NCBI GenBank assembly: GCA_027491395.1
Contig: JAOZFI010000039.1
Span: 32,001 to 96,000 of the forward strand
Length of the DNA stretch: 64,000 nucleotides
Direction of reading: 5' to 3'
Origin: Thermoproteota archaeon
Lineage (GTDB): Archaea; Korarchaeota; Korarchaeia; Korarchaeales; Korarchaeaceae
Positions within the stretch are counted from its first letter, which is position 1, and every line of letters begins with the position of its first letter. The position numbers were made by a program, and so were the translations under genes. Under the pieces are notes generated by a model. It had not been told where the DNA came from. It worked only from the letters and a program-made list of their open reading frames with translations, and ran no database searches. Positions 10,592 to 20,041 of this stretch are shown in pieces.

Positions 10592-10682
10592 TCAGCCAGC
10601 TCTCTTCATGAGTAGTATGGCGGCTGCTACGAAGACAGACAAGATGGGCAATTAGTGGCAACAGAAGACATATCTCCTCCAA
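10592..10682 (-). pseudogene. Probable remnant of the 3' end of a membrane-anchored protein gene
   Basis: Minus strand reads EEICLLLPL, then in a shifted frame LPILSVFVAAAILLMKRAG-stop, followed by a CCTCCCCTTTTATTT terminator-like tract. Confidence 0.4.
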
Positions 10683-10939
10683 CTCTGTGTCTATCGGTTA
10701 TTCTAAAGGCATGAACACATCCTTTTGTCTCACAGCTACTGCAGACCGAGGTAATAAATTAAGGTAGTTCATCGATCTTCACTAAAGGATTTAACCACTG
10801 ATTACGTCTAGCTAGGAAGGATATGAGAGATCACAACTCCTTAAAAAATTCTATAAGCCGACAAAACGGGTTTCGGTCGCGCTCTATCTACATCTCGCTA
10901 CCCCCCGCAAAAAAGATTGAAGGGGGGACTAACGAGGTG

Positions 10940-12628
10940 CTAATGAAGCCTCCTCCTCGTTAAGAATATGGTAATTAACGCTAGGATCACAATGAGCGGA
11001 ACGGCTACGAGTAGAGCATTAACCCCTTCTCCTCCCGTCTCAGTAGTAGTCGTTATTTTAGTGACTGGGATACCGGACGTAGCTGCTCCAGTTTTGGATT
11101 TGGTAGTAGTCGAGGAGCCAGCAGCTCTTGTGGTTTTGGTTGTGGCAGGAGCACTTGAGGTAGCTTTAACCTGTTCACCTTCCAAGACCCTCACTCCCAA
11201 CGACAGATTGGTTTCATATCCCCCACCTTGGGCCATCAGTAGGAGGGTGTGATCCCCTAGGGGTGCGTCAGCAGAAGCCCTGACGGTTACCTCTGTCTTA
11301 AAGGGTGGAACACCATCCTCTGGATCGAAGGAGAGATTTAGGCCTTCGGGCGTTTCCGCTCTCAGATGAACTTTCGACCAGAACTTGCCTCTAGGAATTA
11401 GATTAATTGAAAATGTTGTTGAGCCACCTCTCTTCACGGAGAGCTTGGTTGTCTCAGGCATGAGGAGGAAGTAGTCCTTTAAAACCTCTTTCTTTTCCTC
11501 CACCACTAATTTGACCGAAGCTCCTGAGAGGGAGAAGTACTCTTCGTCGTACCCGACTGGGACTGGAGAGAACTTGAGAGTATATTCACCCAACTCAGCG
11601 TTCTTACCAACCATCACATAAGATTCGAAAAAAGACCCATTGTCCAGAGGATGAACGTCTACGGTCACGCCATCTCCACCGAGTACCTCGCTTTTCACCT
11701 CTAATTTACCTAGGAATGTGCTATCTACAGCGATACGAAAACTGGTGTTCTCACCTGGATGCATGGTTAGAAGTGATTCGGTCATGGCTCTGAGGCTCAC
11801 AGAGGGGCCTGTGAAGTTTATCATGAGGACTGGCGTGTACTCCGGAACATTTCTCTTTTCAGTTAACTCTTTACTATAGAATTTCGCATAATATTGCGCT
11901 TCCTTTCTCAGGAACTCGTAGCTCTTGGCCTCAGCAGCTCCTCCCCCTCTGTAATTCGTGCTAGCTACGACCTCTTCCTCGCGGAAATACCTAGGTGGGT
12001 CTGGAGTTATCAGTATCCCGCAATTGGGCGCCTCTCCCTTCAAAACGCGCCTATAGTAATCAGTGACGTTGAACCTATAATATCCTGTGCTCTTCTGGAA
12101 CTTACCCAAAGTACCTTGATCTAGCAGGGTCTCCTCATGGGTTCCTCCAGCATCCCTCCATCTAGTTCCCTCCAACCTACTGAGCCATGAGACCTCGCTC
12201 TCCCTGAAGCACTCCTCCAGTCCATATATTTTGACGGGTATGCTGTCATAGGGAGTGTAGACATGTAGCTGGAGAATGGCTTCAACTACCTCAGAGCCCG
12301 GGGGTATGCTGCTAAGGTTAAAGTGGAGAAGTATATTCCTCTTATCCTTTACCTTATATATCTGTTTACATTTGATTATTTTATAATTAGGAGGATAACT
12401 GTAATCTATAACTATCTCGCAGTCGTATCTTGAAAGGTACTTGGAAAACCCTATTATCAAATAGTCCTCCAACCCAGCCTTCCAGTTGGATTTATCCTCC
12501 GCAACGTAGGAGTCAGATAGAGCGGGGATCTTCAAGGATGTGTGCTGAGGTTGAGCCGCCAACGGAATCAGGGAAGTGGAGAATACTAGGGAGAACAGCA
12601 GAATGAACCTAAATGAAGGACTGAACAA
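10940..12628 (-). CDS. Surface protein: DNRLRE/CBM96-like domain + Ig-like domains + Thr-rich stalk + C-terminal TM
   Basis: Signal peptide; DSYV, LLHFNLSSIPPGSEVVEAILQL, W..AGG, FNVT, FYSKE; GVPPF Ig-like module; TM followed by RRR. Confidence 0.8.
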   Translation of the reverse strand: MFSPSFRFILLFSLVFSTSLIPLAAQPQHTSLKIPALSDSYVAEDKSNWKAGLEDYLIIGFSKYLSRYDCEIVIDYSYPPNYKIIKCKQIYKVKDKRNILLHFNLSSIPPGSEVVEAILQLHVYTPYDSIPVKIYGLEECFRESEVSWLSRLEGTRWRDAGGTHEETLLDQGTLGKFQKSTGYYRFNVTDYYRRVLKGEAPNCGILITPDPPRYFREEEVVASTNYRGGGAAEAKSYEFLRKEAQYYAKFYSKELTEKRNVPEYTPVLMINFTGPSVSLRAMTESLLTMHPGENTSFRIAVDSTFLGKLEVKSEVLGGDGVTVDVHPLDNGSFFESYVMVGKNAELGEYTLKFSPVPVGYDEEYFSLSGASVKLVVEEKKEVLKDYFLLMPETTKLSVKRGGSTTFSINLIPRGKFWSKVHLRAETPEGLNLSFDPEDGVPPFKTEVTVRASADAPLGDHTLLLMAQGGGYETNLSLGVRVLEGEQVKATSSAPATTKTTRAAGSSTTTKSKTGAATSGIPVTKITTTTETGGEGVNALLVAVPLIVILALITIFLTRRRLH

Positions 12629-12641
12629 ATTACCAGCCCGT

Positions 12642-12660
12642 TTAGTTAACTGTTAACTAA
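12642..12660. promoter_or_regulatory. Perfect palindrome TTAGTTAAC-T-GTTAACTAA (candidate operator)
   Basis: 9-bp inverted repeat with a 1-nt spacer, 14 nt upstream of the 12628 start. Confidence 0.55.
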
Positions 12661-12753
12661 CTTATTAGCATTACCATTGATTGAATTTATCAAGAAAGGA
12701 GCCCTCATTAGGCAGGTGCGATGATCTCACAAAAAATAAAACGTGATTCCTCA

Positions 12754-13374
12754 CTAATTGCTGGCTTCAAGGATAGCTAAGCTGACTGCGAGCGCTGCCA
12801 GCTTAGATTCCGTTTGTGATTTACCTAAACCGATCACTAATAGGTCCCCCTCCGAGGGATGAAACGCTTCCTTGAGGGTAAACTCGTCCGCTGATCTATA
12901 CCTGCCTAATGACTCCATGGTCTCAGGAAAGAGTAGCTGTCCGTCCTTGGTCATAAGGATGATAGCTCCCCTCCCTCCAGCCCTTACCGCCTCATCCCTG
13001 AGCTCAACGACATTGATTTTAGATCCGTAAGGAGGCCTCACCAAAAATGCGATCACCTTACCCTTCACGAGATCTCGGAGATACAACTCCGTTGGGCCCT
13101 TCAGAAACTTTCTCAGTTCCTTGATTATCCTTAGACCCTTTTCCGTTAGGTAACATCCCCCCTTGTCCACTTCCAGATACCCAGATTCCCTGAGCCTCCT
13201 TATGAGGCTTCTCACACTTCCCTCTCCAATATCCATGAGATCAGCGAGCCTCTTCCTCCCAATGGGCCCTTCTTCTAGGAGCAGTAGCATCATTATCGCG
13301 TGTATTAAATTAAAATTGGGAGCTGGACCGGATAATCGCTTGATAGCATCTTTTAGCTCATCTAATACCCCCAA
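12754..13374 (-). CDS. Winged-HTH regulator with DUF4443-like C-terminal domain
   Basis: GPIGRKRLADLMDIGEGSVRSLIRRL HTH; ELRDEAVRAGGRGA and LLFPE motifs. Confidence 0.75.
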   Translation of the reverse strand: MGVLDELKDAIKRLSGPAPNFNLIHAIMMLLLLEEGPIGRKRLADLMDIGEGSVRSLIRRLRESGYLEVDKGGCYLTEKGLRIIKELRKFLKGPTELYLRDLVKGKVIAFLVRPPYGSKINVVELRDEAVRAGGRGAIILMTKDGQLLFPETMESLGRYRSADEFTLKEAFHPSEGDLLVIGLGKSQTESKLAALAVSLAILEASN

Positions 13375-13445
13375 TTTGATCCGAGAAACTCCAGTAAACT
13401 TTATTAAATAACTTTTTGGATGGATAATCCATCCAAGGTGATTGG

Positions 13446-13886
13446 ATGGGAGAGAGGTCTTGGAAGGTCTTATCCCTTCTCCTCCTCGTATGGGCGGTAG
13501 TTGCCACTACACTCTACGTCAGCACAACTATAAGCGCCGAAAAAATGGAGAATCAGCTAATTACCGTGAACATAGGTCTCAAATACAGGGATGGGAGGAT
13601 AGAATGGCACAACTCCACGAAAGTGCCCTCAGGGAGTACCTTGCTTGACGCCACGGAGGTGGTGGCAAATGTCAATTATACGGTCTACCCAGGGATGGGC
13701 GCCTTCATAAACTCAATAAACGGTGTTAGGAACGAGAAACCGTACTACTGGATGTGGTGGACATGGAACCCATCGATGGGATGGACTCTCGGACCGGTGG
13801 CAGCGGACAAGTACGTCCTCTCGAACGGGGAAACCGTACTGTGGTACTATGAGGACACTAGCAAGTACCCTCCAACTAAACCGTAA
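13446..13886 (+). CDS. DUF4430 (transcobalamin C-terminal-like) exported protein
   Basis: N-terminal TM; TLLDAT, GAFINSINGV, YWMWW, AADKYVLSNGETVLWYY. Confidence 0.8.
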   Translation: MGERSWKVLSLLLLVWAVVATTLYVSTTISAEKMENQLITVNIGLKYRDGRIEWHNSTKVPSGSTLLDATEVVANVNYTVYPGMGAFINSINGVRNEKPYYWMWWTWNPSMGWTLGPVAADKYVLSNGETVLWYYEDTSKYPPTKP

Positions 13887-13914
13887 ACCCTTCTTTTCAT
13901 TATTGCCGCAGTTG

Positions 13915-13937
13915 AGCGGCTTCCTTAGGGAGCCGCT
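13915..13937. terminator. GC hairpin between convergent genes
   Basis: AGCGGCT-TCCTTAGGG-AGCCGCT overlaps the stop codon at 13925; a T-tract follows the 13886 stop. Confidence 0.4.
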
Positions 13938-14137
13938 AGGAATGCAATAATCCCGAAGGTAGCTGCCGTTAACCCAGTCATCAAGTGGATCAATCTGATA
14001 TACTGGGAGAACCTCCTGAGCTTCTTTGGTATTACTAGAAGGACCATCCCCGTGATCAGCGTTCCGATGCCGTACCACAAGGCGAGGTAGCCAAGTCCGT
14101 GGTGATCGAACACCAGGCCCTCGAGCACGAACATCAT
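13925..14137 (-). CDS. Small two-TM membrane protein
   Basis: 70 aa with two hydrophobic helices; ATGA overlap with the upstream gene. Confidence 0.7.
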   Translation of the reverse strand: MMFVLEGLVFDHHGLGYLALWYGIGTLITGMVLLVIPKKLRRFSQYIRLIHLMTGLTAATFGIIAFLAAP

Positions 14138-14862
14138 ACCTTCCTCCCAACTGGAAACAGGTATAGAGGGTCTTCAGGACAGCTGACGATGTTCCTGACC
14201 TCTTCATCGTAAAATGCTCCCACAGCAACCGTACCTAGTCCGAGAGAGGTCGCTTGCAGATATATGTTCTGACCCACATGCCCAGCCTCCATGTAAACGT
14301 ATCTGATGCCCCTCTCTCCGTATACCGACACTGTCCTCTCGAAGTCAGCTGCGATGATTATGCATACAGGAGCATCCTCGACCCATCTCTGACCCAACGC
14401 TGCCTTGGCCAGATCCCTCGAGAAATCTCCTGATTTCATTAAGTGGAGAAGGTGTCCGAAGGGTTCGTATCGATAGATCCCCGGGGGCAATCCTTCCACG
14501 CCTCCCTCCTTAACTGATACGTAGATCACAAGAGGATAGGTTGCCCCCGCACTGGGAGCCGCCCTGAAACCCTTCCGGGTGAAGGTGACTCCTTGGGCAG
14601 CCCAAAGCAACTGACCAATCTCCTCCAAGGTGAGTGGCTCCCTTAAGTAACTCCTTACGGACCTCCTCTTGTATATGGCCTCCTCTAAGCTCATCTCACC
14701 GCTCAAATTTGGTTCAGGAAGCGCAATATAGCTCTCCTCAATCCCTACGAACTCCGATGAGGGTCTGTACTTCACTGCACCAGTGTATAGGGCTAAGTAA
14801 ATGCTTATACCGATGAAAAGCAGGGTGAGGGGAATACTCCTATGTGCCGGAGGATATCTCAT
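14134..14862 (-). CDS. SagB/ThcOx-type nitroreductase-family flavoprotein with N-terminal TM
   Basis: RRSVRSY, LLWAAQG, RAAPSAGATYP, MEAGHVGQN, GLGTVAVGAF. Start reset to ATG 14862 to avoid overlapping cysS. Confidence 0.88.
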   Translation of the reverse strand: MRYPPAHRSIPLTLLFIGISIYLALYTGAVKYRPSSEFVGIEESYIALPEPNLSGEMSLEEAIYKRRSVRSYLREPLTLEEIGQLLWAAQGVTFTRKGFRAAPSAGATYPLVIYVSVKEGGVEGLPPGIYRYEPFGHLLHLMKSGDFSRDLAKAALGQRWVEDAPVCIIIAADFERTVSVYGERGIRYVYMEAGHVGQNIYLQATSLGLGTVAVGAFYDEEVRNIVSCPEDPLYLFPVGRKV

Positions 14863-14949
14863 CCCTACTTTCCCCATAAGCTGGGGAAAAATATGTCTAC
14901 CCAAACTTTTTAACTTCTGACCATTCAAAGGGGCCGGTGCTGCCCATGG

Positions 14950-16374
14950 GTGACGGCCTTTGCTGAGATAAGGGTCTATAACACCTTGTCCAAATCGCTC
15001 GAGAAGTTCGTCCCTCTTCACGGTAAAAGGGTTTTCATGTTCGTGTGCGGTCCAACAGTATACGATTACTCACACTTAGGCCACGCAAGGACTTACGTGT
15101 TCTACGATACACTAGCTAGGTTCCTAAGGAAGATGGACTATTCGCTCTTCTATCTCCAGAACATAACCGACGTGGACGATAAGATCGTGAACAGGGCTAG
15201 GGATGAGGGTAGGCATCCATTGGAGCTAGCTAGGGAATTTGAACGATATTACCACGAGGACATGGCCGCGTTGAACGTTACGAGCGTTAATCTTTACGCG
15301 AGGGCCTCAGATTACCTCCCTGAGATCTTCGAGCAAATCAAGGTACTCCTAGAGAAGGGCCACGCCTACTTGACGGGGACCGGCGTGTACTTCGACATAA
15401 CTACCTTCCCCGATTATGGGAAGCTGTCAGGTCAGAGGCCTGAGGAGCTCAGGGTTCACAGGATAGAGCCAGACCCAACCAAGAGGAACCCCGGAGACTT
15501 CGCATTGTGGAGAAATAGGCCGAGGGAAGAGTTCGGGTGGGAGTCGCCATGGGGGTATGGGAGGCCCGGATGGCACATTGAGGACACGGCGATATCGATA
15601 AAGCACTTCGGGAGGCAATATGACATACATGGAGGGGCTATAGAACTGGCTTTTCCCCATCATGAGGCGGAAATAGCTCAAGCCGAGAGTTATACGGGAG
15701 TTAAACCGTTCGTCAAGTACTGGATCCACACGGGTCTGCTTACAGTCGAGGGGGAGAAGATGTCCAAGTCTTTGGGCAATTTCGTGACCATAAGAGAGGC
15801 TCTGAAGGAGTACGATCCCAATGTGCTCAGGATATTTCTCCTATCGAGGCATTACCGCTCTCCCATCGACTTTAGGTGGGAACTCTTGGATCAGGCGAAG
15901 AGCAGCTACGAGAGGATATTGAACGGATACGGAAACCTCATGGACATGGATATCGTGGAGGAGGCGGGTGAACGCGAAGCTATTTTCTTGGAGGAGGTCG
16001 GCAGGATTAGGCGTAGATTCTTCGAGGCGATGATGGACGACCTGAATACAGCTGAAGCTTTGGCTCAGCTCTTCGAGCTGGTGAGGGCCGTGAACTCTTA
16101 CTACGAAGAGGGGGGCCAGATCACAGCTGTGGGCAGGACAGAGGTGATCTCGGCCTTCACAGATATGTTCGATGTGTTGGGGCTGAGAATGGGGAGGGGC
16201 TACGATGAGTCAATGCTCCGCAATCTCGTCAGCATCCTGATAGACGTAAGGGCCGTCCTCAGGAGGAGGAAAGAATACGATCTCGCGGATGAAATAAGGG
16301 CCAGACTTAGGGAGATAGGTATAGAGCTACAGGATACCCCAGAAGGAACGAAGTGGAGGATAAAGAAGAGTTAG
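14950..16374 (+). CDS. cysS: Cysteine--tRNA ligase
   Basis: CGPTVYD, HLGH, DFALW, GRPGWHIE, FPHHE, KMSKS. Confidence 0.97.
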   Translation: MTAFAEIRVYNTLSKSLEKFVPLHGKRVFMFVCGPTVYDYSHLGHARTYVFYDTLARFLRKMDYSLFYLQNITDVDDKIVNRARDEGRHPLELAREFERYYHEDMAALNVTSVNLYARASDYLPEIFEQIKVLLEKGHAYLTGTGVYFDITTFPDYGKLSGQRPEELRVHRIEPDPTKRNPGDFALWRNRPREEFGWESPWGYGRPGWHIEDTAISIKHFGRQYDIHGGAIELAFPHHEAEIAQAESYTGVKPFVKYWIHTGLLTVEGEKMSKSLGNFVTIREALKEYDPNVLRIFLLSRHYRSPIDFRWELLDQAKSSYERILNGYGNLMDMDIVEEAGEREAIFLEEVGRIRRRFFEAMMDDLNTAEALAQLFELVRAVNSYYEEGGQITAVGRTEVISAFTDMFDVLGLRMGRGYDESMLRNLVSILIDVRAVLRRRKEYDLADEIRARLREIGIELQDTPEGTKWRIKKS

Positions 16375-16381
16375 AGTCATG

Positions 16382-18079
16382 TCATCTCAGGAAGAGGGCT
16401 GCCTTCTTCAACTTCCTCTTTTGCTCTAGGAACATAACTATGGCGTCTGCGGAGAGCATTCCCACTACTTTTCCCTTCTTCGGATCTATCACGGGGAGGC
16501 AGCAAACCCCGAACTCGTACATCTTATCCAAGGCGATCATGAGGTTATCATCGGGTTTGAGGAAGTCCACCTTCCTCACTATGTCTATCAGCTTCACCCT
16601 ATCCCACTCAGAGGTGGGAATGTTGTTCACGTCCCTCAACGCGATGACTCCCACGATCCTGTCATCCTTGGCCTTTACTGGGAAGACGAAATGATCTCTG
16701 TACTTGAGGAAGTACCTGTTGAAGAACTCCTTGACTGTCAGGTCGTCCCTTAACACAGGCGGTGGAGAGACCATCAGCTCCTTCACCCTAACCCTCTCCA
16801 ATTCCTCTATCTTGGTGGTCTCTACTATTTTCTGGTTCTTGGGGAGGGAATACTTCCCCGATACTATGTAGGCAACAGCAGAAGCCACTAACCCGGGGAT
16901 CACGTAAGCCTCGGACCCTGTAGTCTCAGCGACGAAGGATACGGCTGCTAGAGGAGTCTTGAACGCGGCGGCAAGGAAGGAGGACATCCCTAATGCTACG
17001 AAGAGGCTCGTGACGCTCGGATCCATGGTACTCATCGCTGACCCGAGGGTGGCGCCTATCACTATGGATGGAATGAAAACGCCGCCGATTCCTGCGCTCC
17101 CTAAGGTTAGGGCTGTGGCGATCATCTTGAGTACCGCCATCCCGAAGAAGAAAGTTGCATTACCCCCCCTGAAGGATAGCCTGACCAGATCGTAGCTCAA
17201 GCCGAATGGGTATAAGGTCTTCGTGGTAATTAGGGTAGCGATTGCAAGCAGCCCGACCGAAGCTCCTCCTACAACTCCCCTGAGTGTGTAACTCCTCCCC
17301 TCCATGATCTTTTCCACTAGAGAGACCGTCCTCACGAAGATAACCGAGAAAAAGCCCATGACTAAACCCTCCAAGAGACCTATACTGATGATGTAAAGAT
17401 CGACCTCGCCGAAGGGCTTGAAGGCCTTGAATATAGGTTCAGCTCCCAGTATTGATATGAGGGTGAGGTAGGAGACCACGGAGGATATGAGCGCGGGGAC
17501 CACTGCCTGATGAGCCATGTCATCCTTGTAAGGAACCTCTAATGCAAACATGAGTCCGGTCAGGGGAGCCTTGAATATGGCGCTCATTCCAGACGCTGCT
17601 CCTGTCAACAGCAGGATTCTTCCGTCTTCCTCTATTCCCAACCTGTCCATTAACCTCTTCACGGCAGCCCCAACTGCCCCTCCTATGTGGATGCTGGGTC
17701 CCTCCAGACCGGCGCTACCTCCCGACCCCACGGTCAGAACGGCTCCCAACGTCTTTACAGGAGCGTCTTTGAGTAACATCTCGCCCTCCCTATAATGATA
17801 AGCTTCCAAGACCTCCTCCGTCCCGTGAAAGTGAGGTAGCTTGGTCAGCTTTTCTCTTAGTATTCCCGTGACTGAGATTCCGACAAAGGGGACTATAGGG
17901 ATGAGCCATAGATACCCACTTTCGGCAATCCTCCTCAGCATGAGCTCGGAGGCATCGAGAACAGATATCTCTAGCAAGGAAACGAGCAGCCCCGTTAGGA
18001 ATCCCACGATGGAGGATACTGTTACCCACTTCACCAACATCTTATAGAGACCAGTGGATGGCCGGCTCACCCTGACCAT
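16382..18079 (-). CDS. ClC chloride channel/antiporter with CBS domains
   Basis: GLEGP, FKAPLTG..FALE, GGVFIP, C-terminal CBS pair. Start at ATG 18079 after GGAGGG. Confidence 0.9.
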   Translation of the reverse strand: MVRVSRPSTGLYKMLVKWVTVSSIVGFLTGLLVSLLEISVLDASELMLRRIAESGYLWLIPIVPFVGISVTGILREKLTKLPHFHGTEEVLEAYHYREGEMLLKDAPVKTLGAVLTVGSGGSAGLEGPSIHIGGAVGAAVKRLMDRLGIEEDGRILLLTGAASGMSAIFKAPLTGLMFALEVPYKDDMAHQAVVPALISSVVSYLTLISILGAEPIFKAFKPFGEVDLYIISIGLLEGLVMGFFSVIFVRTVSLVEKIMEGRSYTLRGVVGGASVGLLAIATLITTKTLYPFGLSYDLVRLSFRGGNATFFFGMAVLKMIATALTLGSAGIGGVFIPSIVIGATLGSAMSTMDPSVTSLFVALGMSSFLAAAFKTPLAAVSFVAETTGSEAYVIPGLVASAVAYIVSGKYSLPKNQKIVETTKIEELERVRVKELMVSPPPVLRDDLTVKEFFNRYFLKYRDHFVFPVKAKDDRIVGVIALRDVNNIPTSEWDRVKLIDIVRKVDFLKPDDNLMIALDKMYEFGVCCLPVIDPKKGKVVGMLSADAIVMFLEQKRKLKKAALFLR

Positions 18080-18201
18080 TTTCCCTCCTCTCGGCCCTCC
18101 ACAGCAAAATAAAAAAAGGAATTTGGACTCGAAGACTTTGAAGTAACCCGTGTGGAATAAGTTAATTAGCAAGAGGCCGGACCTCAACGAGAAGGGGGCG
18201 T

Positions 18202-18591
18202 GTGAGCATGGCGTTGGCTGATTCCCTCTCGTTCATTAAGAGGGATAACTACTTGATCATGTCCTTCCTGATGGGGTTCATCGTTGGTCTTATTCCAGGG
18301 ATAGGGGTTCTGGGGCCCCTAGTTGGAGGTTTCCTTTACTCGTACTTCTCCATATTCTACGGCGAGATACCGAAGGATCAGGGAGAGGTCATAAAGAGAG
18401 GCGCCGTGATGGGAGCCATACTGTCACTGGTGGACTTCGTAGTGGGTCTGCTCTTCTGGGGACCAATCCTCCCCATGGGAATTATGATGACCTTTTCGGC
18501 TCTCGTATTAATAAACACCTTCGTGGTCGGTCTCATAATAGGAGCCATACTGGGAGGGATAGGGGGCTTCCTCTCCCTTCATGTGGAGTAG
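18202..18591 (+). CDS. Small Gly-rich membrane protein (DUF5518-like)
   Basis: Four TM helices; GPLVGGF, LGGIGG. Confidence 0.65.
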   Translation: MSMALADSLSFIKRDNYLIMSFLMGFIVGLIPGIGVLGPLVGGFLYSYFSIFYGEIPKDQGEVIKRGAVMGAILSLVDFVVGLLFWGPILPMGIMMTFSALVLINTFVVGLIIGAILGGIGGFLSLHVE

Positions 18592-18668
18592 TCTCCCCTC
18601 TCTTATCATTTATCACCCTGTAACGGTTTATTTTAATACAGAGGATTCCTGCCTCCTTGGTGTCTTGA

Positions 18669-20039
18669 GTGAGCTGGTCCGTCCTCGAAGCCCTGAGAAC
18701 GAACCCCGACGTCCTCAAAGAAAGCCTGAAGAAGAGATACCTGCCCACGGATCTAGTCGACAGAGCATTGGAGCTCGATGCTAGGTGGAGAGAGGCCGTA
18801 ACCGAACTCAACAGGTTAAGGGAGAGGAGGAACGAGATAAATAGGGCTATCCCCCGTGCTGGTCCTGATGAGAGGCATGAGCTGATAAAGAGATCAAAGG
18901 AGCTCGGAGTCAAGGTCAAAGAACTGGAAGAACTAGTAAAAAAGCTCTCTGAGGAGAGGGACGCCATTCTAATGTCCCTCCCGTCCATAGTGCACGAGTC
19001 CGTGCCAGAGGGACCCGATGATACCTATAACGTCCCTATAAGGTTCTGGGGGGTTCCTAAGGTCCCAAGGAGCAAGCTCGAGAGGTTCAAGGGGGAGACC
19101 TCGGGTTTCAATGTGGAATATGAGCTGGTGGATTGGGAGCCCAAAGGACACGCTGACGAGTTGGAACTGGTGCTTAAGCAGGGAGACACCCTCAAGGCCG
19201 CCCAAGTATCGGGAAGCAGATTCTTCTATCTCTTCAGGGACATAGTCTGGCTGGAGCTGGCCCTAGTCATGTTCGCACTCGATCACATCACTAAGAAAGG
19301 CTTCATTCCCGTGTTACCACCCTACATGATGAGAGAGCAGTACTACTTAGGCGTGACGGACCTGGAGACGTTTAAGGACAGCATTTACAAAATAGAGGGC
19401 GAGGACCTCTACCTCATAGCCACATCTGAGCACCCACTCATAGCCATGCATGCTGGAGACACCTTCACTGAGGACGAACTGCCCCGCCTCTATGTGGGCG
19501 TGAGCCCTTGTTTCAGGAAGGAGGCCGGAACCCACGGCAAGGACACAAAGGGCATATTCAGGGTACACCAGTTCACCAAAGTGGAGCAGATCGTCTATTC
19601 AAAGCCAGAGGAGAGCTGGGAGTGGCACGAGCGTCTCATCAGGAACGCGGAGGAGATATATCAGCAGCTCGAGATCCCCTACAGGATTGTAAATATAGCG
19701 GCTGGCGATTTGGGCGCCTGCGCCGCCAAGAAGTACGACCTCGAAGCTTGGTTCCCTGCTCAGGGTAAGTACAGGGAGCTGGTCAGCTGCAGCAACTGTG
19801 TGGATTGGCAGAGCTACAGGCTCAAGATAAAACTGGATAGAAAGGGGAGAAGGGAATTCGTGCACACGCTAAACAGCACAGCCCTAGCAACTACTAGAAC
19901 CATATGCGCCATACTAGAGAACCACCAACGCGAGGACGGAGTCGTGGAGATACCTAAAGTCCTAAGGAGGTACTTGGAGCCCTTCGAGGCGGCTCCAAAA
20001 GAGGTAATAGAACCAATAAAGAAGCTGTTGAAGGAGTGA
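18669..20039 (+). CDS. serS: Serine--tRNA ligase
   Basis: N-terminal coiled coil; LIATSE, CFRKEAG, RVHQF.KVE, KYDLEAW, ELVSCSNC, HTLNST. Confidence 0.97.
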   Translation: MSWSVLEALRTNPDVLKESLKKRYLPTDLVDRALELDARWREAVTELNRLRERRNEINRAIPRAGPDERHELIKRSKELGVKVKELEELVKKLSEERDAILMSLPSIVHESVPEGPDDTYNVPIRFWGVPKVPRSKLERFKGETSGFNVEYELVDWEPKGHADELELVLKQGDTLKAAQVSGSRFFYLFRDIVWLELALVMFALDHITKKGFIPVLPPYMMREQYYLGVTDLETFKDSIYKIEGEDLYLIATSEHPLIAMHAGDTFTEDELPRLYVGVSPCFRKEAGTHGKDTKGIFRVHQFTKVEQIVYSKPEESWEWHERLIRNAEEIYQQLEIPYRIVNIAAGDLGACAAKKYDLEAWFPAQGKYRELVSCSNCVDWQSYRLKIKLDRKGRREFVHTLNSTALATTRTICAILENHQREDGVVEIPKVLRRYLEPFEAAPKEVIEPIKKLLKE

Positions 20040-20041
20040 GG

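Noticed and set aside
8311-13937. Near-identical GGCTTC(C)TTAGGGAGCC at about 8312 and 13918
   Set aside because: Short, only two copies, and one overlaps a coding end; chance is a sufficient explanation.
14134-14862. SagB-type dehydrogenase as a RiPP cluster marker
   Set aside because: No YcaO enzyme or precursor peptide nearby; stand-alone copies are common in archaea.
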